The translations under genes were made by a program, and so were the position numbers. DNA of 64,000 nucleotides, from the NCBI GenBank assembly GCA_001179505.1, contig CDMY01000457.1, positions 1-64,000 of the forward strand. The letters run 5' to 3'. This DNA is from Vitrella brassicaformis CCMP3155. Lineage: Eukaryota; Protista; Chromerida. Each line of letters starts with the position of its first letter. Position 1 is the stretch's first letter. Of this stretch, positions 47,891 through 60,600 are shown piece after piece. The notes under the pieces are model-generated. The model did no database searches. It was not told where the DNA came from and was given only the letters and a program-made list of their open reading frames with translations.

Positions 47891-50800
47891 TCACGAGAAT
47901 ATGGCGTTGGTCCAGCCGGTGAATACCTGCCGACACAGAGGGCACTCGGGAGGGTTCAGATTCTGCGCACATTGCTGGCAGATGCAGAAGTGGCCACAGG
48001 GCTGCAGCACCACCGACCTCTCCGTCTCCTGGCACACTTGGCACTCGGTGGCCTCCTCTCGCGCCCTCTGGGTGCTCTGCTGCATCTCCTGCCGCATTTG
48101 CTCGCGCAACTCGGCTTCACCCCTCTCGCGTGCCCTCTGCTGAACCCTGGCGATGAGTGCCGCGAGTCGGGGCAGCTCAGTCGTCATGATGGCCGTCTGG
48201 CGGTCCGTGAGCTGCATGGCGAACCCGCTCAGCTCAGCCTCGGTCGTCAGGCCCTCGAAGGTCTCAGTCAACCTGAACGAATGACACACACATCACATCA
48301 AATCAAACCAAATGGCATGCACTCGTGTCGCCCGCTTCTGGGAGTGGGTGCTGACTTGTCGATGTGGTTGCTCCGCAGCTCATCTAGATCGGCCTGCAGC
48401 GCACGATTGGCCTCGCCAAGGCTGACAAACGAAATGGGAGATGAGCGTCATGGCGTTCTGTCAAAGTGTGCGTCAGCCCGTCGCCCACCTGGCGACCTCC
48501 TGTGCCTGCGATGCATTCTCCTGTCGGAGTGACGCCTCCCTCTCTGCAGCAGCACTGACACGCAATGAAACCAACAACAAACATAATGAGTCTCATTACA
48601 TTGCTCGTTAGTGTATGTGGCTGACCTCTTGTGCCGCTCCAAGTGGTGCTGCAGCTGACCCATCTCGGCCGCCTGCTGCTGGTTGAGGCGCTTCTCGCGA
48701 TCGATGTCACTGTACATACACAGACGGTGAGGCGCTGCATAGGCCTTGCACCACTCCTGTATACACATCAAACCTGGTAAGTCGCCGGTGCTGCGCGCAA
48801 TGGACCGCATTGGCTTGACGCATGTCAGCCTGGAGCTGCTCGTTGGCCGCAAGGGCCGCCGCAAGACTCTGCTCGCTGGCCATCTGAGCCTCACGCAACC
48901 TGCATACGACGCACAAAGGAGGGGAGTGACAATAAGGATGGATGGTCGGGTGTTGTGTACCGGTCGCTCTCCTCATTGGCGGTATTGATCTGCTGCTGGG
49001 CAGCCGCCTCTCGCTGCATTGCCTCACGCCTGCAAACGACACGACCCCTTCATGGATGCTTCTATATTCCTTTGTGACCACTCCCTATTCTTCTCACCGC
49101 ATTGCCTCTATCTGGCGCTCCAGTTCAGCAACTCTGACAGACAAGCACACATCATAACAGCATGTCTCATCGAGAAATGTGTGGCCACAGCGATGCGCCT
49201 TTCACCTGGCTCCCATCGCGTCAGCACCCTCTCCATCATGCCCACCGAGATGCCCCACCGACTCTCCGACCATCCGTCGTCCCTCGTGACCAGGCAGCAA
49301 CGCATCGAACTCCCGCCCGCCATGGAGAGGCAGCTGCAGCCATGACGGAGGCTGCAGAGACTCACTGGAGGCGCTCGCAGCGGCGGCAGCAGCAGCAGCG
49401 GGAGATGCGGAATAGAAGAGGCTGTCGTGGGACTCGCTCGGGGCATTGGAGGGCGTTTCCAGCAGCCCTTCAGCGAGCTCAAGATCGTCATCCACCTCTC
49501 CCTCTCCCTCTCGCACAGACGGGCTGCTGTCCTCCAGAAGATTTGACGCTGCAGCCGATGAGAAGGGGCCAGCCGGTGCAGCAGGGGCAGCCCGTGGTCT
49601 CTTGTTCTTGGGTCGTCGCTTCTTCTTGGCCCTCTTGCCGCTCTCGCCCCCGTGCTGACCGCCCCCACCATGCTGCTGCTGGTCGTCATCGCTCGACACC
49701 GGATCGCCGATCGACCGCAGAAGATCCTTCTCGCTCTTGCGTGCCGCCGCCTCCTCAGCAGCCATCTGAGCACTAACGGCCTCGTCGGTCGTCTTGTCGG
49801 CTTGGCGCTTCATCCGGCGCTCCTTCTTGGCCTTGAGCTTCTGCTTGACCTCCAGTCTCTCGCGCATCTCCTCGCGCATCATGTCGCAGCGGCTCTTGGG
49901 CGTTGCAGCCTTGCCGGGCTCCTCGCCTGCGACAAATCTCTGAAGCGCATCTGTTAGAGTAAAAGGAAGCCGCAAACTGCGCGATGGGTTGGGGTGAAGC
50001 TTGAAGCTGGTGTTGTGTTAATGCACCTACCGATCTCAGTGATCAGCGCCCTCTGTTCGGTCGCGTGCTTAGTGATCTGTGCAGTGAGGCTGGTGATCTT
50101 ACCGTCGATGGTGCTGGTGTCGCCCTTGTCGGCCTTGGACGCCACCGCATTCTCCTTTTGTGCCTTGAGGTCTGTGAGCCTGGCCTGCAGCGTTGGCAGC
50201 AGCTCCCGAATGACCTGCAGCCGCTTCTTCTTCGCCCCCATATGAGCTATCTTCTGCTGCAGCACCTCATCACGGTCCTGCATGGACAGGCGGCAGTCAC
50301 AGACACACACACAGTATCATCGATAGGTGGACGGACAGATGGGCCGCGACGGCAGACCTTCTCCATGACGGCAGGCTGCTCGCCCTTCTCATCCGACGCC
50401 TGCACGTGGTCGCAACAACACAGTGACCTGCTTCTCATCCGATCTGTCTGGTCCATTCACTTCTGTGCGTGTGCGTACCTACCCTGCGGTCGTCGGGGGA
50501 CGCCCCTGGCACTATTTGCCAGCCGAGGTCTGGACACAGAGAGGAGCGGCATGTCCGCTCCACCCCTAGCCCTTGGTTTGTCACTCACCAGCAATGTCGG
50601 CGTGTGCTGTGTCGACGTCGTCTTGGTAATCCGCGAAGTGCTCGAGCTCCGCCACACAGGCACAATATCTGTGCCAGTCAGCCGCAGTCACGGAGAAGGG
50701 GTCCTCAAAGTAATGGAGCTCGGGGCCGCATACGCTGCTCATGTACAGCTTGAGCAGCGTCAAAGCCTCCTCCTTTGCCCTCTGCCACCACCCGAGAGGA

Positions 50801-53800
50801 TTCATTGAGTCGTAGGACCGCACCAGGACCTCGCAAAGGTGCTTGGGAAGGCGGGATGAGGGATCGACGTAGTGGGAGTCAGGGACAGACTGCAGCTCTG
50901 CATGGCGAACAGACAGGGAGGTAGGCCGGCAGGTGGGCAGAGGCAGGTGAGCTAATTTACTTGTGAGGATGACCGGCTCTTCGTAGTCGAATCGCCCGTT
51001 GATCGACGCGATCATCTCGATGACGGTCCGGATGACGTCAGGGGTGCTGGGATCGACGAGAGGCACATCTGCACCGGACAACAGGCACAACCGCATAGTC
51101 GCACAAGCTGACATGCTCTGTTTGCACATTCACGTACTCGTGAGGGCTAGCACGAATGGCGGCTTGCATCTGATGTGCTTCTCCGTGGCCTGCAGCCTCT
51201 CCTCCCTCGTCTCGCGTGCCGCCCTCCGTCGGTCCTCCTCAGCTGCGTCTGCTGGTGGCGGCAGGCGGGCGTCATCGGCCGCCCACTGACGCTCGGTGAC
51301 ACTGCGCGCATCGACTAGCTCACTCTCGCGCGCAGCATGGGCCTTGCCGACGGCTTCTCTCAACAATGACGTAAAGCGGCTAATCGACAGGATCCCTCCG
51401 GTCCACAGGAACCCTCCGCGGATGAGCCTGCCGAGCGAGTCAGATGCTGACAAACACACAGAAAAGGAGAGAGGTATGGGCACCGCGGGAGTGGGATGGA
51501 TGTGGTTACGCACCATAGAGGCCGAGGACCGACAGCGTGAGATTCTTGACGGCGAATGTAAGGAGGGCCTCGGTTGTGGTCGCACTGGCATCCAGATGAA
51601 AATCCCTGAAACAACCAACACACTCCCACATGCTGGTCGCCTGTATAGCTGTGTGTCTTACTTGAGTACGGCTCGATTCGGATTGGTCGCGAGGCCACTG
51701 GTGGCTGCATGCACGACAATGTCGGCAACGCTCGAAGGTTCCAGTCCCTCCACAAAAGTGGAAATCATGGTGAGGCGCGGAGTCGACACGGTAGCAAAGA
51801 AGCGCCGTAGCGCACTCTGCAGACAACTGGCCTGCACTAGCTTGTCAGCGTCGTTGCACTTGGCGCCGTCAGAGTCGACCGACACAAGGAGCTCGAGCTT
51901 CGCAAACGATCGGCCACACAAGCCCTGGAGGGGAACGCACCCACACACGCAACCATGTCCCCACCCGTTCCCGCAGACAGGCCTGAGCTCGATTCTATTC
52001 CCCACCTCGAGCAGACTGAGATAGGAACCAAATGACATCGAACAGACGGTGACAAACATCATCCTGAGGGGAAAGCACCGCATGAGGAGTGACGGATTTG
52101 TTGCCCTTCCCTCTTGTCCACCTCTCGCTTGCTCACCTGAGTCTGCTGAATGGCCTGTCCTTCGTGCTTGTCCTTCCGACGTCCGCACCGCCTCTGTGTT
52201 GCTGGTCCGCTGCTGGGCCCGCTGACACTGCAGCCGATGAGGTGCTGGGGGTGCGGGTCACGTCACGTGATGACGACTCTGACGGGGGAGAGGGACTGTC
52301 ACTACTGATGTCGCCCGTGCCGTCCCGGGCGACCTTGAGCAGAGCGGCCAGTCGGTGAATAAAAGGAGGGCTCATCTTCCCTTGGGCGAGATTCAGGACC
52401 TCCAATGAGGGCAGGCGGCCGATGGCCTGGGCCAATCGGGCGCACTCGTCATCAGGCAACTCACGTAGATCCACACCTGAACGACAGCAGGTATTCACGC
52501 AGTATCGTCCTGTCCCAGAATGCTATCAGAAGCTGCATCTTCACCACTGAGTCACCCGTCACTTGCAGTTCGGTGAGTTTGTCGGCACTCTCAAGGAAGC
52601 TGCTCAGGTCACTGACGTCATCGGCGGTCGACGAGCACTCCCACTCGATCGGTAGCAGAAGCATCGCCTCGGATGAGTACCTGACGGGTCCAGTGATCCA
52701 ACCGCAAGCGCACGTTAGCCCCCGCCACCCCGCTCACCTTGCCAGTGATGCCGTCAGCGTCCCTTGGTCGGTCACGGTGAACTCGGCCCTCGACACCATC
52801 AACTCGCGGCACCAAGACGGTGAGATGCGGCCAGGCGCACGGACAGGACACAATCTAAATGCACCCCATACACACGACATTTGATGTCATACGATTTGAT
52901 GTGATGTGCTATGTGCTTACGCCTTGAGCAGACTTCGGCATGAGTACGCGAACCGGCGGACTAGACTAGCGGTGAACTTCCTAGGACGACTCGTGTAGAT
53001 GAGGTGGAGGATCTTCTTGTCGGACAACAGCTGGACCACAGGATTCTGTGAGAGAGAACGCACAACGAAAGTTGGTGATGCCGTCTCCTCCTTTTCCCTC
53101 TGTCCTTCGTGTGCTACCTTCATGTTGCGTTGTCGTGCTGCCTCTCGCTGCGGGTCGGCTTCCAATTGGACCAGCCGGTCGACCGTTTCCTGAACATGAT
53201 ACACACGTCTGGAGGGCCGCGTCAAGCTGTGACTTTTGGACGTACAGAGAAGTACCATCTGGCGGCGCAAACGGCCGATATGGTCCAAAACCTACACACA
53301 CACGCACGCAATGTGCATACGTGTGTCACTGTTGCGGCTCCTCCCAGTCACCTACCTCTTCGAGAACGTCTGGCGACGCCGCCGTCAGCGACAAGAAGGA
53401 CGCTTCCATCTACACGTACACACACACACACGACAGCAGCCGGATGGGTGCACACAGCGTGGCACAACTGATAGGCATGATCCCTTTCATACCTGTATGC
53501 ACTGCCTGGCGATTGGGTTGTCTTTCCACTCTCCGCGCAGCACCCGTCGAGAACCGTATCTATACCACATCACATGTCATTCGCCGGCGAAATCACACGG
53601 ATGGCGAAATTGTCTGCAGGGCACCTACGCGCTCAATTTTCTCAAGGTCAACATGGCTGCTGTGCAGACGAAGGTTGTGGTGCTCAATCTCCACTCCTTG
53701 GTCGCGGCTCTCGCTATCAAGGTCCCCATGAGCACGAGAATGCCGTCACACGCGGCATACTGAACGCCAGCAAAGACCAGAGCGGAAAGTCCACACAGAC

Positions 53801-55484
53801 AGATGTGCGTTATAACGTTTGCTGACCTCAACACGATCCACCATGGTGTTGATCAGGGCTGCGCAGCTCTCTACGACAAATGACCCGCACATGTCATCCT
53901 TGGTCAATCTGTCATTCTGCAGAATGGCCATCGCTCCCGACAGGAAGGCCGTTTGCGATAACTTCTCCTTGTGGCCCACATCTGGACATGTGCACACACA
54001 CACACACACACACGACATCAAGAAGGCAATATATGGGACGGACCATCAACAATCATATGATGCTCACCAGCCATCGCCAATGCCGGTGTCAGACACCACC
54101 AGACCTCCATAGGGCTCCAATCGCAGGGGGCATGCTCATGCAGTGCGGCACCCATCTTGCTCAAGGCAGCAGGACGCGCTAAGACACTGCGACACATCGA
54201 CACCAACGCTACACACACAGAGACACACAACTTTCTCGGGTCTCTCCATACACTGGTCCAGTTCCATGTGTCGCGCACTTGAATGACAGCATAAGCGGCG
54301 GTGCGCGCCAATGAAGACGCCGCCCAACAGCCGAGACGTCCTCGATACGACCAGGCGATCGCTGCTGACTGCAACAGTCTCAGCGAGCGAGTCGATGTGG
54401 CTCAGAATGTGCTGCCGCAATGCCTCCCTCAGATGATCCAGAGACATTCCTGAGCGATGCACAGGCACACACACAGACAAGTGAAAGACGGCAAGACGCT
54501 TGCCCGCCCACCCATATGACCACCCACCTGCGGCCATCCAGCCGTACATTGCATAAAGAGCTGCATCGAAGACCTGGTCCGCTAGTGTCCGCCTCTGCAT
54601 CGCTGCGTCCGCCAGAAGACTAAACAGCGGCCGCCATCCCGCGCCAAATCCATACCCAGATCGAAAAAGCCACCCAAGGAAGGACGCCGCTGCTGCTTGG
54701 TGCGATGGCTCATTATCGGCGAGAAGGAGGCCAACCGCTCTGTCGGCAAGGGACGGCTCTGACCCCTGTGTGGGGGCTGCCTTCTTCCTGACTAGCGACT
54801 GCCGAAATTGAACGTATAACGGATGACCAGCGGGCAGAGGGGCCACTTCTTCTCGGATCTTGTCAACATGGTCGACGAACACATCGACCTCCCCACGAGC
54901 CAGAGCGTCAAGGGCGGCTTCCATTGATGAAACAACCGCAGAGCGCTGAGATGCTGCCCCCTCTGCACCACCAGATGTTCTCACGCCGATGGGGGATGGA
55001 GCTGCGGACCGCGGCTCAGCTTCGTCGAATAGCCGCGGGCTGCTGTGCCGGTCTGCATCATGTCTGTCAGCCACTCCCTCGCTGTGAGAAGACGCCGCTA
55101 CACATGCTACGGTAGCATCACGAGCGGAGCACAGGCTGGCAGCAGCAGACTCAACGACTGACGGATCGATAGCTGCCGATGGGTGCAGAGCTGGCACTTT
55201 ATCATCCGAAGAGGAGGCCAGCACGCCGTCGATTGTGCATCCAGAGCCCGAGCGGGCCTGCCGCGCGTTGGCTTTGGGTTGCTTCTTGGGTGGAGCGGGG
55301 GCGGGGACGGAGGGAGGGGGCGGGTGGGAGGGACTCTCGGACGGCTGCTGCTCTGATGCCGCTGCTGCGACCATTGGCGATGGGTTGATGCTGCTGGTGA
55401 GGTCGACGGCTTGCTGGTGCTGCTTCTGCATCAATGAGGAAGTACTGGAATCAACAGACGTAGAAGGGAACTGATCCTGAAAAT

Positions 55485-55530
<46 letters not shown>

Positions 55531-56132
55531 CCTCACAGGCATCCTTGGGTGCACTCCTGCCTTCGTGGCTGTCTGTATACCGGTGTGGTGTCGACAATGG
55601 CATCTGAATCATCTACAGGCCCACCGCCATGTCTCGCCCCCTCCATCATCCCAGGACAGCCTCCCTGCTGCTGCATCGCCACGCCGCACACGGCTGGTGG
55701 TGAGGATATGGGGCAGAGTCGCATAGACTGCGCATGACGGGCACATGGCCGCTGGTGTCGCTGCTGGTGGTGGTCCTGATGTGTGTCGATGGCCTCACTG
55801 AGGAGCACCTCTGTGAGCACCTCCGAGCAGAGCTGCCGCGACTCAGCTTCGTCGAAGAGCTGTGGGCCGCCGTCAGTCGCAAGGGTGCTCTCTTGGCGGG
55901 GAGATCCTCCTGCTGGTTGGGCAGACGACGCACTAACTGCACCGACACCAAGGTCGCTCCCAGACGATTCATCGCCGCGCCGCTCACTCCCACCAGATCC
56001 CTCCTCTGCCGACGTGCCCTTCATATGCATGTGTTGCTGTTGCTGTGGTTGCTTCTGTTGGTTCGCGGACGTGTGGTCGGGGCTGCGGTCTGCCGCCGTG
56101 TCGCTGAAGGCCAGCCCTTCTTCGGCCTCCAT
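47891..56132 (-). CDS. Multi-exon LRR-like/coiled-coil/RING-HC putative E3 ligase, copy 2
   Basis: RING CQVCQETERSVVLQPCGHFCICQQCAQNLNPPECPLC. LRR-like LPSLEVLNLAQGKM. ATG 56132 (MEAEEGLA). Exon-by-exon colinear with 314-8235. Confidence 0.8.
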
Positions 56133-57699
56133 GGACACAAGCGCTCAGTCGACTATCTACCTGAATGAGTCAGCGCCAAAACAGACACACACGATAGAAG
56201 CACAGGTTCATGGTCCTTGTTTCACGCGCCGCACTTACAGTGAGCCTTGGCGGCCGTCAATTGGAAGATCTCGGACACAATCCGTCAGAAGGCAACCACC
56301 ACAGCTGCGCAAAGGCACTTCTGCGCAGGAATTCACCTGGCAAAAAGCTCGCATTTCGGGCTCTTTCGGTGCCGAAGCAATATTGACCCGAAGCGATCAT
56401 ATGCCCATTCATTCGTTCCGGACTGCAGTCTTTGTCAATGTTCCCTCTGCATCATGTTCCCATATCGATCAACCAGACGGACAGACAGACAGTCACCCAT
56501 GTGTGGTTGCTGTGAGTCAAATACCTCTGCGAGACTGATTGAGTCGAGTGCCAGAGCTTCTCCTGCACCGACTCAATCAGACCTGCAGCAGTACCGGACT
56601 CACGGCAATCTGCATGAGCGGAAAAAGCAAACGGTCCTTTCCATCCCTTCCTCCCATGACACGACGACAGGCAGCCAACACGAGAGTCCATCCAATGCCC
56701 TTGCTTGCTCGGGTGCATCCCTCCCTCCCTGTCCGCGTGTGTGTTGTGTAGTTAGTGTACAAGAGATCCGACCAGCCGAAAGGGAAGCCCGCGAATACAG
56801 AAATGGGTAGTGGTCTCCCCTTCCGTCTCACTCAGTCGCGCCTCGTGCGTGGGTCTTAAATACACCTACCTGGTCTCTCTCTCTCTCTCTCTCCAGTCAG
56901 CGCATCACATCCATGCAGCCATCCATGCGTGGCAGCACTCGACGGATGGATGACTAATTACACGACAGGCATACACGACGCCATCTGACCTTCCCTCCCC
57001 GCCCCTGCTCGTCGCCGCAATAGCAGCCTATGTGTATACGGCACGCAAAAATCAAGGCGACTGGAACCAAATCGAACAGCCAGCCAGAAGTATATAGCAT
57101 TTATCCAGTCAGGCAATTCATTTCCATACGTGTGCATCAACCGGAATAGGATGGTCTCGCCGACCGCGCCCATAGTGACTGGGCTGCCCACGTCACCTCC
57201 CTGTGAAGCTGGTCGGCATCACAGGGGTCACGTCGGCTACTCCGTTCACACAGCCACGCTCGGCGAGCCATGTTCCGTCAAACGTCACACAATGGATCGA
57301 CCAGAGAAGCAACACAACAGACAGTGGCACTTGTGACACGACCTCCTCGCCCGCTTCAAAGGCACCCTTAGAAGCCCGCAGCACCGCGCACGTGTATGTA
57401 TGTATGTACACCTGTCTCTCTCCATCCATCCATCCACGTGCGCCAAGGCAACAGAAAAGCAAAAAGCATATGGTGCAGGCAGCTGGTAATAGTGAGCGGA
57501 GGAGGCCAAGAAAAACGACGAGTGTGCACGCGTCTCAGCGAAAACTAACAGACCCCATCACATCCATCCATCCATCCAGTCATCCAATCGACCTACGATC
57601 CGCCAGCCCCTCTGTCTCTTGTCTACACTACATCACCCCACCCACCCTCCCATCGTCCATCCGAGTGACTATCTATCAATCAATCAGCTAGCTGGTCAG

Positions 57700-60600
57700 T
57701 CAGGCGTCCTCCTCTGCGCCGCCCGCCTCCGCCCCCCCTGCGGCCGGTAGGTTGCCGCTCGCCAGGGGCTGTGGCTGCTCGTAGATGAGGAAGTCGTCGG
57801 CCTTGTCCTCGCTCGGCGCCACCAGCATCCGCACCAGGTGCTTCTCGTGCAGCGAGAACAGCAGCACCTGCGGCAGCTGCTCGGCGTTGTTGAGCAGCTC
57901 CGTCTTGGCCCACGGCTCCACTATGTCGCCCCTGCACGCACGCCACTGCTGCGGCTTGTGTGTCTGGTTGATGGCGTTGGTCTCGGGCTCGTCTACTGCA
58001 CGGGTGTAGGTGATGAGGTCGTACTTCTGATGCGACTCGCCTGTCGCCTGGATCACCACGTCACCAGACGGCAGGCTGCCGTCGGGCGCGTCGGCGTGGC
58101 TCTTGGCCACCAGCCCCATCAGCACTGCAACGAATAAGGACATCACACACCACACAGTAGATGTAGACTGCATGGCGACCCGACCCGACCCACCCCCAAT
58201 GGATTGTCTGTCGTGTGTCAGTCAAGTGGCGCACTCACTCACCGTATTGCGGGTCGTGGTCTAGGTGCATGCGTGCGCATTTCGTGGACATCCACTCGGG
58301 CGGGACGGTGATGACCTCGTCCATGATGACACGACGGACGCCGCTCTCGGGCCAGGAGAGGAACACAAACCACCACGGGGGCAAGTTGCCCAACTGATCC
58401 ACACACAACACAACACGACACATGGCATGCCTATCACCCTTCCTAATTCCCTCCCTCCCCGTCCCTGCCCTCTGTGCCCCACTCACTGACTCACCTCTGC
58501 TGGAACGCCTTTCTTGTGTTTGGGTGGCTGGACGCCGTACACCTTGAGCTCGCCCGCGAAGGCCTTCTTGAGGATGTCGAGGAGCTTGATGTCCTCCGCG
58601 CCGCCGAGGCTCTTGATGTCGTCGTCGGTGATGATGATCTCAGTGTAGAAGTTGAGGTGCATCAGCCGCTCGGGCTTGTTGATCGCCTCGTTGAACGTGC
58701 CCGGCTCGACTAACGTAACGCTGAACATCCGACGCAACGCTGAGTCCTCTGAATGACATACACATACAGACAGAACGAGCAGAGAGACACCCATGTCATG
58801 CGTGTGTCCTGTGCCATCTCCCCCNNNNNNNNNNNNNNNNNNNNNNNNNNNNNNNNNNNNNNNNNNNNNNNNNNNNNNNNNNNNNNNNNNNNNNNNNNNN
58901 NNNNNNNNNNNNNNNNNNNNNNNNNNNNNNNNNNNNNNNNNNNNNNNNNNNNNNNNNNNNNNNNNNNNNNNNNNNNNNNNNNNNNNNNNNNNNNNNNNNN
59001 NNNNNNNNNNNNNNNNNNNNNNNNNNNNNNNNNNNNNNNNNNNNNNNNNNNNNNNNNNNNNNNNNNNNNNNNNNNNNNNNNNNNNNNNNNNNNNNNNNNN
59101 NNNNNNNNNNNNNNNNNNNNNNNNACCCACTCTCTCTCTCTCTCTCTCTCCTGTCCCCTGACCGACCGTTGTGTAGCTGCCCGCCCTTGAAGTCGGCGGC
59201 CTGCTTCTCCAACACACTCCGGTGCTTGACCCAGCGCATCTCCTCGTGCAGCCCACGCAACAGGAAGTCGCACATCTGCCGCAGCTGGGTGCGCACGCCG
59301 AGCTGGTCGCCGCCCAGGATGCCGTCGAGCGAGCGGAACTCTTGGGAGAGGTTGTAGCCCTGGTCGGTCTTCTTGCTGTTGACGAGGAACTGCTTGGCCA
59401 CACGCGCCATGGTGGAGGTGAAGGGGCGGTTCAGGGGATCCGCATGGCAGTTGCTGATGTACTGCACACAGACAGACATCCATCCATCCACAGGCACATG
59501 AATGCATGTGTGTGTGTGTGTGACTGACCTGCATGAGGGCGTTGCACCGGAGGAAGAGCGGCAGCAGGGCGTTGAATGCCTCGGGCGTCTGGTCGGTGGG
59601 GCCGGCGGTGGCGAGGGGCCGCATGGCAGTGTTGAGACGCAACTCGGCCTTCTTGACTACTTGGGCGTACTCGGGCTTCTGCACCACACGAACAGACAAA
59701 GCGACAGAGAGTCAGACACTCGTACGTATGTGTATGAAAGTGTGTGTGGGTGTCGTCAACTCACGTCAGAAGCCGCGGCAGCCTTGGCAATCTCGATGTC
59801 GTCTGAAACACACAACACAACACAACACATACACTCCAACATCCATCGAATGCCGCCCACCTTCCCCCCTCCCTCCCTCGTTGACTCACCGCAGTCGGGC
59901 TTGATGAATGCCGGAGGCAGGAGGTGTTTCTGCTGGGCCTCGTACAACAGGTAGGCCGTCATGGGTGTACCGCTGACGTCCCCCTTGCCACGCTGGTGGT
60001 CCTGGCCGCTGCCATGCTGCACGGGCACATACACCTTTTGCGGCTGTGGGCGCGGCGCCTGGTCCGCCCCCGTGTCGGGAGGGGTGGACCCAGGTGCCGC
60101 TAGGCCACCGTCGCGCTCCTGCTGGGCCTGCTGCTGCTGCTGGGCATGATGCTTGCCGTGCGCCTGGTGTGCTGGATGGTGCTGGGGGTGGTGTGCGTGG
60201 GGCGGGTGATGGTCTCTGCCGTGTCCATGAGCGTGGCCGCCGTGCGCGTGTGCCCCGCGGCCATGTCCGTGGCCATGGGGATGGGGAGCCGTCGGGCCAT
60301 GGCCGTGGGCGTGTGGAAACCCACCTCGACCTAACATGACACAGGACGCACACGGACGACCCATTGACAGAGGACCAGAGTGGGTGTGTGGCGTGTCCGC
60401 CTGTGTGCGTACCTCCGCCGCCGCCCCGTCCCGGCCTGTGTGGGCCCCCACCGCCCCGGCCCATCCGGAACTCGTGTGGGTGTCCTGTGGGTGAGCCGCC
60501 GCCGTTGCTGCCGGGGCTGGAGCCGTTGTGCTTGCTGCCCCACTCCTGGAGGGAGCTCTCCTGGATGATCGACTTGCGGTTGGGTTTGAACTCGACCTGC

